The notes beneath the pieces are model-generated. The model searched no databases. It saw nothing but the letters and a program-made list of their open reading frames with translations, and was not told where the DNA came from. Shown here piece after piece: positions 12,914 to 26,585 of a stretch of DNA of 64,000 nt. Within the stretch, counting starts at the first letter, position 1, and each line of letters starts with the position of its first letter. A program made the translations under genes and the position numbers. Source of the stretch: Octopus vulgaris (taxonomy: Eukaryota); assembly GCA_951406725.2 (NCBI GenBank), contig OX597817.1, forward strand, positions 122,946,001-123,010,000, given 5' to 3'.

Positions 12914-13322
12914 CTATTATTTATCTTTCTGTTACCACATAACAATGTGGATTAACGCTTAGAATTTCATTCTGCCAAAAAAGCAGCAATTATTTACATT
13001 CGGATTATAAATATCATCATGAGGAAATCAATAATATTTCTTTTCAATCGAATAAATCCTGCACTTTGGGACAGCATGCATTATAAAAATGGCTACGGTT
13101 AATGTATGAATCAAAGACTTCTTTGAATGCCAGACTACATGACATAGATCGCCGATAAGAACGACTGGGCTATTTCACAGCAACAATAATAGTTCTATTA
13201 TTACTATTAATATTACAAATAACAATCAGGGCAACAAATACTAAAGCTTTTTGTAAAGCTTACAGGTTTACGTTTATTGAAATGACTCGTTTATATATGT
13301 ATATATATATATATACACATAC

Positions 13323-13523
13323 ATAAGGTAAAAATAAAACGTATAATAAATGCACAAACAAACGAAAAGCAGATACAGGAGGTCACCAACGTCCCATCAG
13401 TTATCGGACACAGGGTCAAACGCAATTTTGCGCCTGACTCTTTGGCCGATAAATGATGAGGAGTTGGTGACCTTCTGTGTCTGTTTTCCGTTTTTCTGTG
13501 CATTTATTATGTTTTTACCTTAT
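13323..13523. mobile_element. ~200-bp fold-back element in (TA)n
   Basis: Imperfect ~90-bp inverted arms (ATAATAAATGCACA..GGTCACCAAC..CATCA.TTATCGG / CCGATAAATGATG..GTTGGTGACC..TGTGCATTTATTAT). Confidence 0.8.
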
Positions 13524-13572
13524 CAATTAATGGAACGCTACGTGCCCTTGACTTATATGTATGTATGAATGT

Positions 13573-13855
<283 letters not shown>

Positions 13856-14466
13856 AGAGAGATGCAATACCTACCTACCTACCTACGTGTCTACCTACCT
13901 ATCACTCTCCCCTTCTCCTCGCACACGCATATATTTGTGTGATTTTTGTTAAAGAAAATGAAATGTGTTATCAAAAACAAATTACTCAGGTTCTTTGTCC
14001 TTTGGGCGTTTAGGTGGTAGGAATAATACAAGGGAACCACATTTTTTGGGATACATTTAATGGAGTTATAAGCATTCCAATCTTGCAGGCTCTGAAATAA
14101 TAATGGGTTCATAGTTTTTGATTTTTCCAACCTTTCTGATCCGTAAAAGTACATAACACCCTCCACACACAAACATGCACCAGAAACACATTTAACATGT
14201 GTACATACATGCACGCTCTTGCAAGTAACAGAAACATACGTAACCTGAAGAGAACACCATAGATATGAATGGTCATCTTAAATGCTGGAAATATGAATGG
14301 ACTCTGTTTCTTATATTACTGCCGTCCAGGCGACATTATAGACGATATGGTGGTAGAACGCAATCTATCTGTAACCGGTTGATTTGTGGCTGAGTAACAA
14401 CAGTAGCAAAAGACTTAATGCTGGCGCTTAAAAAAATTCATAAGGGAACGTATTTGCCGCTGTTTG

Positions 14467-15077
<611 letters not shown>

Positions 15078-16032
15078 GTCGTTGTTTGCCGTGCTAGAAA
15101 TAGGAAATATCCATCAAATTACGTCTCTCAATATGAATAGAAGAAGGGAAACACTGGACTATGCAGTCGTGGATGTATACAAATGATGGCTGGTACACCT
15201 TTGATGATAAGTCTGCTCGATGAAGGTTGATCTTGGGGGCGAGCAACAGCAATGACATGGAGCCATTGAGAGAGCATTTACATTTTGGCTCGACTTAAGA
15301 GAAATAGAGGTATAATCTTACTCAAATAGCATCTAACAGTCTTAGAAAAGCTACATAAAGCGTAGAAAACACTTGTTACAAATATTCTTTGCCTTTTAGC
15401 TATTTTTGAGAGCCCTGCGCATCGTCAACCGCTATGTTGCTGCTTGCTTAGCTTATATCTAAATCGGGCACTGCTTGCACATAATGAAAAAAATAAGCTA
15501 GATGGGGCTGTAACAGCTTTGATCATAGGCTTGCTCGATTAGAGCTGACATGGATCTAAACAACATCAGTAACAGCAACAACAACATTAAATAAACGAAA
15601 CATAAAAGGAGGCATTATTTGTATGTACATTTTTCTTCCTCACAAATAAAATTTGATAATAATCCTCGTAAACTGTAAGAAACAAAGAAGATAAGAATGA
15701 GAAATGTAGAATATTTTATTTTTAAAAGGAGAAAAATTGGAGTTATTTTCAATAAAACATGATCTCTAGTTATTATCAATCAAATCTTGACAAAGCTTAA
15801 AAAAGCTCAGAAAGATAAAAAAAAATAAAGAAAAATAAAAATCAGGTTGAAAAGAATACCGAGAGGGCATAGCTAAAAGGATTTGTTAAGATATAAATAC
15901 AATCTGTTGCACGGATATTTCTTAAGTCAAAGTCAAGATATACGTAGCATGATAGAGATCAAGGAAAATATAAAAGAAAATAGAATGATAAAAAAGACGA
16001 GACCACACATAAGATATTGGCATGCTGGTGCT

Positions 16033-16110
<78 letters not shown>

Positions 16111-16170
16111 CAGATATAGATATAGATATACACATATATACATAAATACATATACACAAATACACACATG

Positions 16171-16204
<34 letters not shown>

Positions 16205-17679
16205 CATATATATGTGTATATGTCTCTATATATAAATATACATGTATATATATATATATATACATACACCTACATACATACACCTACATACATATACATA
16301 TATGTTCTCATACATTACACACACATACACACACTCTCTCTCTCTCCCATATACGTGAATACACACAGATACACATACATAAACACTCATGCATATATAC
16401 ACACACAAAGTGCTGCTGAAAAAATTTTCAGGATAGTATAAGACACTTCAGCGTGTAAAGCATTTAACATAAAAAGAAACAAAACAAAATACTCAGTAGA
16501 TATAAGAAGTGAGAAAAAATATCCAAAAAATATTTGAATCCCGAGTATTGATATATTGAATATTATAGATTGAATTCAAGTTGACACTCGAGGTATGGAC
16601 ATAGTTACATATCTAAAAAATATATATGCAAGCATTATTGAAAATAGACATGCAAACATATGTGTATGTTCACATGTAAGTATGCATATATTAGAAACAT
16701 GATTTATTTCTTTGATACTTGTACTGAAGAAATGACAGCGTTTGAAGTTAATTTTTTTTATTAAAAACGTTTCACACTTTTTTTTTTCATAGAGTAAGTG
16801 AAACAAAATCAGGTACATTGAAATAGTAACGCACTTATTCTAATAACTTTTCCAGACCTTTTCGGTCTCGCCATCTTAGAAAAATAATATTATTTTATTC
16901 AAATATATTAATTAATATAATGATATATATATATACATATATGCGTGTGTGTGTTTGAATGCGTATATGATTTTGAAGTGAGAGAGAGCTGCACCAACAC
17001 TTGGCCGTATTCGTTTCCAACTAGTATAGAAGGACAACATAAAATAAAGTGCCATGCTTAAGGCATACACATAGACGCAACATGCATCTGTACGTATGCA
17101 TCTATGTATGTATTTACACACTTATAATATACAAACATATACTATCGTAAATATGGGGGTAAGAAATTAAAATAATTTATTACCAGTGGTTAGCATGCAT
17201 AAAGTCATGAGACTTTTTTCGTGGTTTGGGGTTTAACTGCCCTTTCTAGCATGTAAGGAGTACTGTCAAAGATCTCCTCACTATGTAAATAAAAAGAAAT
17301 TATACATTTTATATTTTTGTACAAACATACATTTAGATAAATGTCAGACAACGAGAATGAGTGCTTAATACCGCATTGGTGGATAGAATTTTTTATTTGT
17401 GTATTTAGGCCACCATCGGTTTCGTATTTAGAAAAATATCTTAATACCTAAACAATTTTTCAAACACCATTCCTCCATGTGATCGGCTTGAAAGAAATGT
17501 TAAGACATTTTTCTTAACATGAAACCAATGATAGCCTTGTTACACATACAAGGATATACAAACATATCTTTTTTTCTCTCGCCCTTCTCTCTCTCTCTAT
17601 ATATATATATATTTGTATATTATGTATACATATATATGTTTGTATTCATATGTCTATACACGTGATCATGTAATACAGG

Positions 17680-17710
<31 letters not shown>

Positions 17711-17715
17711 CTATA

Positions 17716-18005
17716 TCACGTGATCACGTGATCGACCAGACAATCAGATGCTGTTATACATCACTGGTCACAATGCGTTTTAGCTCCTGAATGACGCCAT
17801 CCCGATGGCTAGGTGCGCAGGTCAACATTCTCCATGGTCGAAAGACTATTCCGTTACAGAGTTACTCATTTACAACTGAATGGACCGAAGCAATGTGATG
17901 TGGAGAGTTTTGCGCAAGAACAGAACACGCCTGCCGGTCCAGGACTGAACCCGCTGTCCCTAGATCGTGAGTACATCACCCGAACCACCAAGCCACGCGC
18001 CTTCA
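17716..18005 (-). mobile_element. SINE with a family C-like head and a different tail
   Basis: Minus strand TGAAGGCGCGTGGCTTGGTGGTTCGGG..TGTTCTTGCGCAAAAC..CAGTTGTAAATGAGTAAC. Confidence 0.7.
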
Positions 18006-18009
18006 CATA

Positions 18010-18728
18010 TACCTTTCTCTTCTCTTTCCTCTGATTCTTTGGTCTAATCTTCCACAACCCTCCTATTTCTTTGTCTCGCTCTGCACTCACAGGTCGCTCT
18101 TCGACACCCATCCCTTCTCCTCTCTGATTCCTTCTTTCTCTCTCTTCTCGCTCTTTGTCGCGTTTGTCCCTCCTCTCTCTCTCTCCTCTCTCTCTCTCTT
18201 CCGTTGCTTCTCTTTCTTTTCTTTTCTCTCTTCTCTGTCACGTGACTGCTGGCCGAAATCTGCCTTTCAGCTTCTGACCAGCGTCGTGTTAACATCGTTG
18301 TTTTTCGTCCGCCGCTATAGGCATCGCCGATAAGGCTCCTTTCCTTGCGCCAGAGAAAAAATTTGTTTGCTTGTTATCAGTCGTAAGACACTTGTTGTTG
18401 TTTTCACCGTTAATGCTTCTGTATTTCATGTTTCTGTATTCCATTATTTTTTTGTTTTTTTTATATTCGTCCCTTTTGCTGTCCTGGTGTCCGTATGCAT
18501 TCGATCCTTCTTCCAGGAAATCTACGCTCCCAGCTTAGTTTTTCTAATGCTCGTTGCTTAGTTTTTCTTGGAGGGCTGGCCGTGATCTAGTAATCTCAAG
18601 ATTAATCAGCCGAAATTACTACGATGATCCGGTTCTTGACTGAAGACTGAGGGTTTCGAATGTCCTGTCCGTGTTTATTGTATCGTCTTCTAAGAGTTAT
18701 AGTTCTTGTCCATGTTGTATTTTTCTAC

Positions 18729-18736
<8 letters not shown>
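18010..18736 (+). mobile_element. Pyrimidine-rich element ending in (TA)n, probable Penelope-type terminal repeat
   Basis: T-rich body ending at (TA)n and containing a permuted hammerhead motif; family assignment is inferred. Confidence 0.5.
18588..18650 (+). ncRNA. Candidate non-circularly permuted hammerhead ribozyme
   Basis: TAGTAA-TC-TCAAGA / TTAA / TCAG-CC-GAAA-TTACTA / 12 nt / TCTTGA-CTGAAGA-CTGA; stems I and III 6 bp each, stem II 4 bp with a CC bulge. Confidence 0.55.
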
Positions 18737-18795
<59 letters not shown>

Positions 18796-18822
18796 ATACC
18801 TACAAACATACATACATACATA

Positions 18823-19714
18823 CACGTGGTCTGATCAATGCGTATGACAACCCAAAGTAACGAAGCTAAAGCATGTAGAGTGATAACGCTGGGCACAAAT
18901 TGACCTTGAATTATACTGTGCATGCGCACTAAGTGTTAACGCTCTAGCTTACTTCCGCTGTTTACATCAGTATTTGGAAGGAAGATGTGTAGCGTGCGAT
19001 CGTCGCGTTGACCATGACAGAAAGTTGGGCAAAATGTCTTTTTTCCAAAAGCTTGGCGACACCTACTCAGAGGCCTACACACTGTTTTCAAAAGGTTTTC
19101 ATCGTTCTCGACATAAGGAGATCTTGTGCAACTGAAACCCGGGTGTCTTTTTGGTCAGCTGAATGCAGTTTTAGCACAAACTTGCCAGACACGCGTCTCA
19201 TACCCAGATCTTCAGTGAAAATGGTCTGAACTGAACCGTAACTAATCTGCATATCCTTTGATAACTCAAGGAAAGTGATTCGACGATTTCCCGTCACAAC
19301 TGCCCGCATATCTGCGATATTTTTCTCAGTTCTGCTGGTTGCGATGTTTTTCTTAGTGCTGCAGAGCATTCATCAATATCGAAACTTTTTCGGCCATCGT
19401 GGAAACATCTGACTCACTCGTACACTTTTGATGCGGCTCATACACTTTTCTCCATACACATTCTGCAATTTTGCGTAAGCCTCTGAGCAGGTATCGCCAC
19501 GATAACTTTCTCTGTCATGGTCAATGCGACAATCATACGCTACACTCGTTGCTTCCACGCACTGCTGTAAACAGTGGAAGGGAGCTAGGACGTTAAAACT
19601 TAGTGTGATTGCACAATAGAGTTCAAAGTCAATCTGTGCAAAGCGGCTTCCCTCTGTGTGCTTTAGCTTCGTTACTATGGAAACAGTTCTGATAGTTATT
19701 TATTAGACCTCGTA
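18823..19714 (-). mobile_element. Mariner derivative with ~250-bp inverted arms
   Basis: Ends C.CGTGGTCTGATCAA and TTATTAGACCTCGTA; arms ~18823-19080 and ~19474-19714. Confidence 0.85.
19081..19518 (-). pseudogene. Mariner transposase N-terminal HTH remnant
   Basis: GDTCSEAYAKLQNVYGEKCMSR..SRTEKNIADMRAVVTGNRRITFLELSKDMQISYGSVQTIFTEDLGMRRVSGKFVLKL (WVP-linker region). Confidence 0.88.
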
Positions 19715-19989
19715 TATATATATAGTTATGGTATATTCCATTAAGAACGTACAGTATAAAGTATAGTATAAAGCTCGTCCACTTTCAGATTTTACCCTGT
19801 GCTATCCAGTAGTAGTATCATACGTACTTCCAAGTTTGCATTGGGTTTTCTGCCGTGTGTGAATTGATAACTGAAAAAAAATTAGAGTCAACAAGGAATA
19901 CGATTGAACACATATTTCCAATCACTACAAGTGTTTCTACACAACGCAGTTCTCCAAGCGTGCGGTTACTTGGGAGACAATGTTTACAT

Positions 19990-20095
19990 ATCGCCTGAGG
20001 AAACACAACTAGATCTCATAATGCAAGGAAACGGTTGCATAATCAAGTACCTGCACGCCTGGAAAACGAAGTTATGTCGAAACAATTGTAATGAT
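19990..20095 (+). ncRNA. Decayed type I hammerhead with a long loop II insert
   Basis: ATCGC-CTGAGGA-AACACAACT..~59 nt..AGTTATGTC-GAAA-CAATTG-TA-ATGAT; stem II 7/9 paired, palindromic ACAATTGT stem III. Confidence 0.55.
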
Positions 20096-20539
20096 TGAAA
20101 ATAAATGTCCAATTGTACCCCCTTGTTTCTGGATGTTATCAGTACTCAATGTGAGACAACTACCAGCTAGTGTCTCGCAAATACTATATATTCTTTAAGG
20201 GACACTCTGTCGCTGATCTCGTATCGAGAAAAACAACAAGTTTTAAAATCTCTTAGTGCGAGAAATACAGTAACAGTACCGAATAGTAATGTTTATTTGC
20301 CAACATAACGTGGCAGTCCTGTAAAGGATGATGTTATTGTTGTTCTAGCCCCAGGAAAATGTCTTTTCTGGCTGGCTAGCGGCACACAGTTTGTGTCCGT
20401 TTATAGTATTTGCAAGGGTGGTCATCGCTCCAATTTGTAGTCTTACGTGATACTCACAGACCTAGGTTCCTGAATGTTATCCGCCCCCTCAGTATGAGAC
20501 GACCACCAGCTAGTGACGAATATATATATATATATACAT

Positions 20540-20576
<37 letters not shown>

Positions 20577-21094
20577 GTGTATGTGAGAGAATGAGGGGGA
20601 GGGAGAGAGAGAAAGAGACAGATATATATATATATACATGTTAGTATGAATGAGTGGATAGAAATCGGAGCGCATATCTTTGAGAGAAGATTCTGTGTTG
20701 AAAATTGCTTGTAGTAGTCAGTATTTGCGCTTTTCTTTTGTTCATAAGTTTCTTTAGAATACTTTGAATCGAGGACCAGCTGAACACTACAACACTGTGA
20801 CAATTGGGATACTTAGAGAATTGCGACCCAGCTGAGCGCATACTTGCTGTAACAATAGGGAAATACAGTGTTCTAATTGGGTGACAAAGATGTAATGATA
20901 AGAAACTAAAAGAAAATACGTTATGAATTCTTAGTGAATATTTTAGAAAAGAACAATTTGGATATAAAATCTGTTATTGCTAAGTTGTTTGTAGATATTC
21001 TCGGTTTAGCATTTAATCGTTGTATTTACTATACATATTTATATTTCCCTAATAATAAATTTTAATTAAAATAATTATAAATTGTATATTATAT

Positions 21095-21265
21095 TAATAA
21101 TCCTTCAATTATAGGCACAAAGTCTGAAATCTTGGAGGAGGGGCCTAGTCGATTACATCGACTCTCGTACTCAACTGCTACTAGTTTTATCGACCCCGAA
21201 GGGGTGAAAGGCAAATTCAATCTCAGCAGAATTTGAACTCAGAATGTGAAGACGGACAAAATACC
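21095..21265 (-). mobile_element. SINE family A fragment
   Basis: GTCGATTACATCGAC..TTTTATCGACCCCGAAGGGGTGAAAGGCAAA..ATTTGAACTCAGAA. Confidence 0.8.
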
Positions 21266-21453
21266 AGTCTGTATTATCTTACATCATTATCATTATTTAG
21301 ATAGTATGTGTTTGATGAATGATATGATGTGAGACTCATTACAATTTTGTAATATTATTTAGACAGATTTCCCGCTTAATAGCATACCAGATCATCAACA
21401 AATTCTATTAATTGTATAGCTTTTCAAGACATCAATTCATTTAGCAATTCATC

Positions 21454-22222
21454 AACTAGAATTTAAAAATGCGCACGCTCAAAGGGGTTACAGAATGTCA
21501 TAATAAGCCTTAAAAAGTATTGGACTAGATTTGTTGCTAAAAAATATTGGAATCACTATATGCTGTACATTCTGTGGCATCTTAAAACGCAAAGAGCATC
21601 GTGTGTGAATTACGATGTCACGATAATTATTAAACCGAGTTCTTAATATAAAAATCTGAAAATGTACAAAATATGATCTTTAACTCCGAATAAGTAAATT
21701 CGTTATAATACTCTTCATACCAAAGTATAGAAAAAAACAACATATTTTACACTGAATGCAAATTGCCATGATAATAAAATAAAAAATATCTGGATTAACG
21801 ATGAAGTCGAATCTATATCACAGCGAAAGTACGAAACCGAAATAATTATAGGCAAAGATAATTTGCATTATGCTACACATATTAATGAAATAATTATGCG
21901 AATTAAACAAATTATTACTAAATTATTTTTGATTGATTACTTGTAAAATTATAAAAATTATCATTCATATATTGAATTATTGCGTAAAGATGACATTAGT
22001 ATTTGTACACAATTCTTTTGTTAAAACTGAGCACACGATAATTTAACTTAATTAATTCTTAATATAACTTAATTTCGCTGAAACAAATTTCTTGAGATAA
22101 AAGGATGCCACAGAATGTTCAACATATAATGATTTTGAGCAACAATGCTAATCCCGTATTCTTTAAAGTTTATTATGACATTCTGTAACCCCTTTGAACG
22201 GGCGCATTTTTCAATTCTAGTT
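21454..22222. mobile_element. MITE-like element with ~125-bp inverted termini
   Basis: AACTAGAATT.AAAAATGCGC.CG.TCAAAGGGGTTACAGAATGTCATAATAA and its reverse complement ending at 22222. Confidence 0.85.
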
Positions 22223-22547
22223 TCGTACTTTTTAAGGCAACGCTTGTAATATTTTATATATGTACCGTATTTCTCCTAATGGTGTGGCAGCTAATGTGTA
22301 TACGTCTGTGTGTGTGTGAGTATATGTGCATGTGTGTGTGTCCGCGCGTGATTATTCTTGTGTGTGAGAGTGTGTGTGCGTGTGTGTGTGTGTGCGTGTG
22401 TGTTAGCGTGTTCTTGTATAGTCTCGAAGATCTTGTTTAATTTAGTTTTAAAATTAATAGAAATCAATGTCATTTATATTTCTTTCTTTCTCATTTCCTT
22501 TAATCAATAGTAAGTGTTAATTTACATTTCTTCCTTTTCTCCATGCA

Positions 22548-22654
22548 TGTTGCAATATTTCGGCGCTTTGATGCCTGTTGCAATATTTCGGCGCTTTGAT
22601 GTCTATTGCAATATTTCGGCGCTTTGATGCATGTTGCAATATTTCGGCTCTTTG
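22548..22654. repeat. 28-bp minisatellite, ~4 copies
   Basis: T(G/A)TTGCAATATTTCGGCGCTTTGATG.. at 22548, 22576, 22604 and 22632. Confidence 0.95.
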
Positions 22655-22841
22655 GTGGTTAAAAAAAAAACATGGACTATTATAACTAATGCGGCTTCTT
22701 CGACGCTGATCTCGTTTTCGAATCTTACATACACAAATTATTCGGTTAAATTCACAAATGAAGCAGGTAAGAATAAATATGCAAGGATTTTCTCAAGTTT
22801 AAAATGCAACATCGTTTTCGTTATGTCTACATTCCACACAC

Positions 22842-23129
22842 ATAAATAGGTAAAAAGCAGAACATGCACGCATGCACACACACACACAGACACAAATACA
22901 CAAACACACATACACATACACAAACGCACATACACACACGTACACCTAGTAGCTTCCTCTACAGGCATAAATACATAAAAACAGAATACGCTCGCATACA
23001 CACACACACACACTCTTACACACGCACACTCACAAAAGGACAAGTATGCATACACACACATACACTTAGTAACTTCCTCCACACACATAAATGCTTAAAA
23101 ATGGAACACGCTCGCACACACACGCACAC

Positions 23130-23171
<42 letters not shown>

Positions 23172-23237
23172 ACACACACAAGAACAAGCACGTGCGCACA
23201 CACACACAGACGTACACCCATTAGCTTCCTCTTCCAC
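22842..23237. repeat. ~120-bp CA-rich tandem repeat, 3 copies
   Basis: CATAAAT..AAAA..GAA.A.GC.CGCA..(CA)n..TACAC...T(A/T)(G/A)CTTCCTC recurs three times. Confidence 0.75.
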
Positions 23238-24128
23238 TTCGACACGTCAAACAAAACAAGCATGGATGAAGACAGCTCCATTCCAAACTATCGCTCATTG
23301 GTTCATGATGATTGAAAAGTAGCCAATAAAACGCAATCACCACGCAAACGGCCACGGTCCCCTTTCACTTTTATTCGTAAGCTAGGCATATATCGTCAGA
23401 CACACTGTAGACTCAAATATAACATTCTTTTTCGGTCAGTGCGTTCTTAACAGATATAAAATTATTCGGTTAAATTCACATGAATATAATGCAAATTTCG
23501 TTTATCTGCATAGAATTCTTTTATTTTTGAATAATAAAACAGCAAAACGCATAACAATCTAAGTGCGTCTTTTTGCTTTTCCCTTTACCATCTGACAACA
23601 GGTGTTGGTGTGCTTATGCTTGTAACTTAGCGGTTGATAAAAAGCTAGTAAAACAGTTTGTGTGTATGTGTGTGTGCGTATGCGCGTGCGCGTATGTTCC
23701 TTATGGATTCGGAAACTGAGTTGCCGATTTTGTCGTATGAGGTATCAAAAGTTTCAGTAAATTTTTGGCTACCAAATAAAGTATGTTTTTGCACAACAGC
23801 TCTTTTTTACTACAAAAATAGCCTCGAAAACGAGATTGGGTCGCACAATTTTGAGGTCTTTAGCTAAGGGAGGCAACTCTGCTTGACCAATCTTCAAATA
23901 CATAAGGGAATGAAACTTCCAAGGTATACCGTCACGTTTATTCATATTATTTAGTAGATAATCTTACAATGTGAAGTATGTTTGTGTTTTGTTCAGCAGA
24001 TCCATCGCATAGTTTTTTCTTCCTCAAATACTGTAAATCTATGTCTTCCTTTTGATGAAAGGGTGTGTTTTAAGAGAGAGTTGGCTGTCATATGTAGTAG
24101 CTCAAGTTACCACAGAGATACCCCTCTC

Positions 24129-24159
<31 letters not shown>

Positions 24160-24616
24160 TTCTCTCTGTGCATGTTTTGTTGTGGTGAAAAAAATTTTTT
24201 CCAGAATACTTTGCACGTAAGTTTTTAAGAAATCTGGACGTCTTTCTGACCTAACCTATCCTTAATCGTTCAACTTCAAATTACAATTGTTAATTGTTGG
24301 AAGTCAAGCAGACTGAGATGTACATATAGTGTTATCGTATAGAGTGGAAATTTTGAACTCGTATCTTGTAGTTAGTAATCCATTGCCTTAAATTCGAAGC
24401 CATTAAGTCTTTAAACATTATTTTATTGGGTATAGTCTTTCGACTGTCGCCATGATGGGGTATCACCTTCAAAAATTTAATTGATCATACTCACCTCAGT
24501 GCGTATTTCAATATGGTATTTATTTTATAGATAGCTACTTGATGAACTGCAAACTTTGAGAAATAGTGGGATGCAATACTCAATTTAACAACAAATGTAA
24601 ACACACACACATTAGG

Positions 24617-24765
24617 TGCAAGAATGATTGTGTGGTTGAGAAGTTTGCTTCCCAACCACATGGTTCCACGTTCAGTCCCTCTGCATGGTACCTTGGGCAA
24701 GTATTTTCTACTAGAGCCCCAGGCCAACCATTGACTTGTAACTGAATTTGGTAGACGGAAACTTC
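24617..24765 (+). mobile_element. SINE family B 5' half
   Basis: CCAACCACATGGTTCC..GTTCAGTCCC..CCTTGGGCAAGT..TTTGGTAGACGGAAACT. Confidence 0.8.
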
Positions 24766-24891
24766 AGCGTTATTTATAAGAAAATGACCGAAAAACATGT
24801 TTAGAAAGGAGAGTTATTTTCTTCATACTCCTCGTGTGTCGATTCTGCCCATAAGAAATAATACAAGATTGCTCGATTTGTTCGACTAAGC

Positions 24892-25167
24892 CAGTGGTTC
24901 TCCACCGGAATCCATATGGCCCTTGAGGGTCCATATGTCCCTTGGGGGTCCATATAAGATTTTGTTATTAAAAATTATGTGTGATAAATAGGTTATACTT
25001 CTACAGTATACGAAGTATTTGAACAATTCTTTTTATTCAATTCTTAATGATATTTAATTATAAAAGTGTAATAGGATTTTTAGACATCAAATACTTATGG
25101 GGTCCATCAGATTAAAGTTGGAATCAAAGGGCCCCTTAGCCAAAAAAAAAAAGCTTGAGAACCACCA
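24892..25167. mobile_element. hAT/Charlie-like MITE nested in a SINE B tail
   Basis: Termini CAGTGGTTCTC..GAGAACCAC; 8-bp TSD-like GACTAAGC/GGCTAAAC. Confidence 0.75.
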
Positions 25168-25542
25168 GGCTAAACCATTCAAAGCAGTGTCTCAGGATGG
25201 CTGCAGTTACGATTGACACACGTAAAAGAATATAAGACGCAATAGCAAACATTTCAATTTAAATCCTTTGACGAAACCAGTATTTCTGATTCCATGTATA
25301 TTCCTGTGCATTCAAAAGGAAGCTATGTGAAGGACTTGACTTATAATCCAAGTTTCATTTGGTTGTAATCCACAGTTGTGTAGGTCAAAGTGTCTTTATA
25401 TCATTGATATGAATTTTTAATGAAACACACCTTAGAACGATATAACTGAGATGTTATACAAGTGTACTCAGGCCGAGAATAATGACGCCAAATATTCTTA
25501 GACTTACAGAATCGGATAATAAAATAAAGTTAAAATAGTGTA

Positions 25543-25592
<50 letters not shown>

Positions 25593-25639
25593 CGTATATA
25601 TGTATGCATTTATATTTCTGTTAAGCTTGTCTTCTATTA

Positions 25640-25805
25640 CCATATGATCCCGTAACTTAGTGGTTTAGCATAAGAGACCGACAGAATTAGTAGCTGGCTT
25701 TAAAGAATAAGTACTAGATTTGATGCGTTCGATAAAAAAAAAATCCTCTTCAAGGCTGTGTCACAACATGGCTGCAGTCTAGTGGCTGAAACAAGTAAAA
25801 GATAA
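25640..25805 (+). mobile_element. SINE family B 3' half
   Basis: CCCGTAACTTAG..AGAGACCGA.AGAAT..CATGGCTGCAGTC..CTGAAACAAGTAAAAGA. Confidence 0.75.
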
Positions 25806-26009
25806 CAGAAATAATATTAGATATAATAATTTACTACTGACAATATGTTGATATAGCGTACTTCATGGCCAGCTATGCGGATTTGAGTAATTGCATACTT
25901 CTGTTAAGTGTTTAAGAATTTCAGCCACCGATTTTATGCATTCAAGTGGAATCCTCTTTATGTTATCCGATCATCAACATTACAGTGAAGTAGACTATCT
26001 GTGGCCTGG

Positions 26010-26062
<53 letters not shown>

Positions 26063-26198
26063 AGGAAAGACTTTGAAATCTAAGTAATATATTACTACAA
26101 AGTATGAAGAAAGCAAACTGTGATATAATAAACTATGTATGTATATAATAATGACAGCAGCAATTTAAGCTTGATGATAATATATTATTATTACATAA

Positions 26199-26585
26199 GG
26201 CGGTAAGTCGGCGAGCTGGCAGAATTGTTAGCATACCGGGTAAAATGTTAAGCGGCATTTCGTCTGACTTTGCGTTTTGAGTTCAAATGCCACCGAGGTC
26301 AACTTTGCTACGATAAAATAAGTAACAGTTGTGAACTGGAGGTCTGTCTAATCGACTTACTCTATCCGCGAGATGGTTGATCTTGTGCCAAAATTCGAAA
26401 GCAATATATTATAATATTATAACATAACTAGTGTAGTCAAGCCGAGAATAATCCTTTCTACTAAACGCTAAAGACCTGAAATTTTGGGGTGGGGTCAAGT
26501 CGATTACATCGACCCCAGTCTTTTCACTGGTACTTAATTTATCGACACCGAAAGACTGCTAAGCATTTTGCCAGCTCGCCGCCTT
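26199..26585. mobile_element. Two decayed SINE family A copies in opposite orientation
   Basis: Plus copy 26199-26405; minus copy 26450-26585. Confidence 0.75.

Noticed and set aside
16845-16885. Minus-strand CTAAGA..GAAA..GTC as a hammerhead
   Set aside because: Core incomplete and stems unconvincing; at most a decayed relic.
22548-22654. 28-bp repeats as a CRISPR array
   Set aside because: Head-to-tail with no spacers, in a eukaryotic context.
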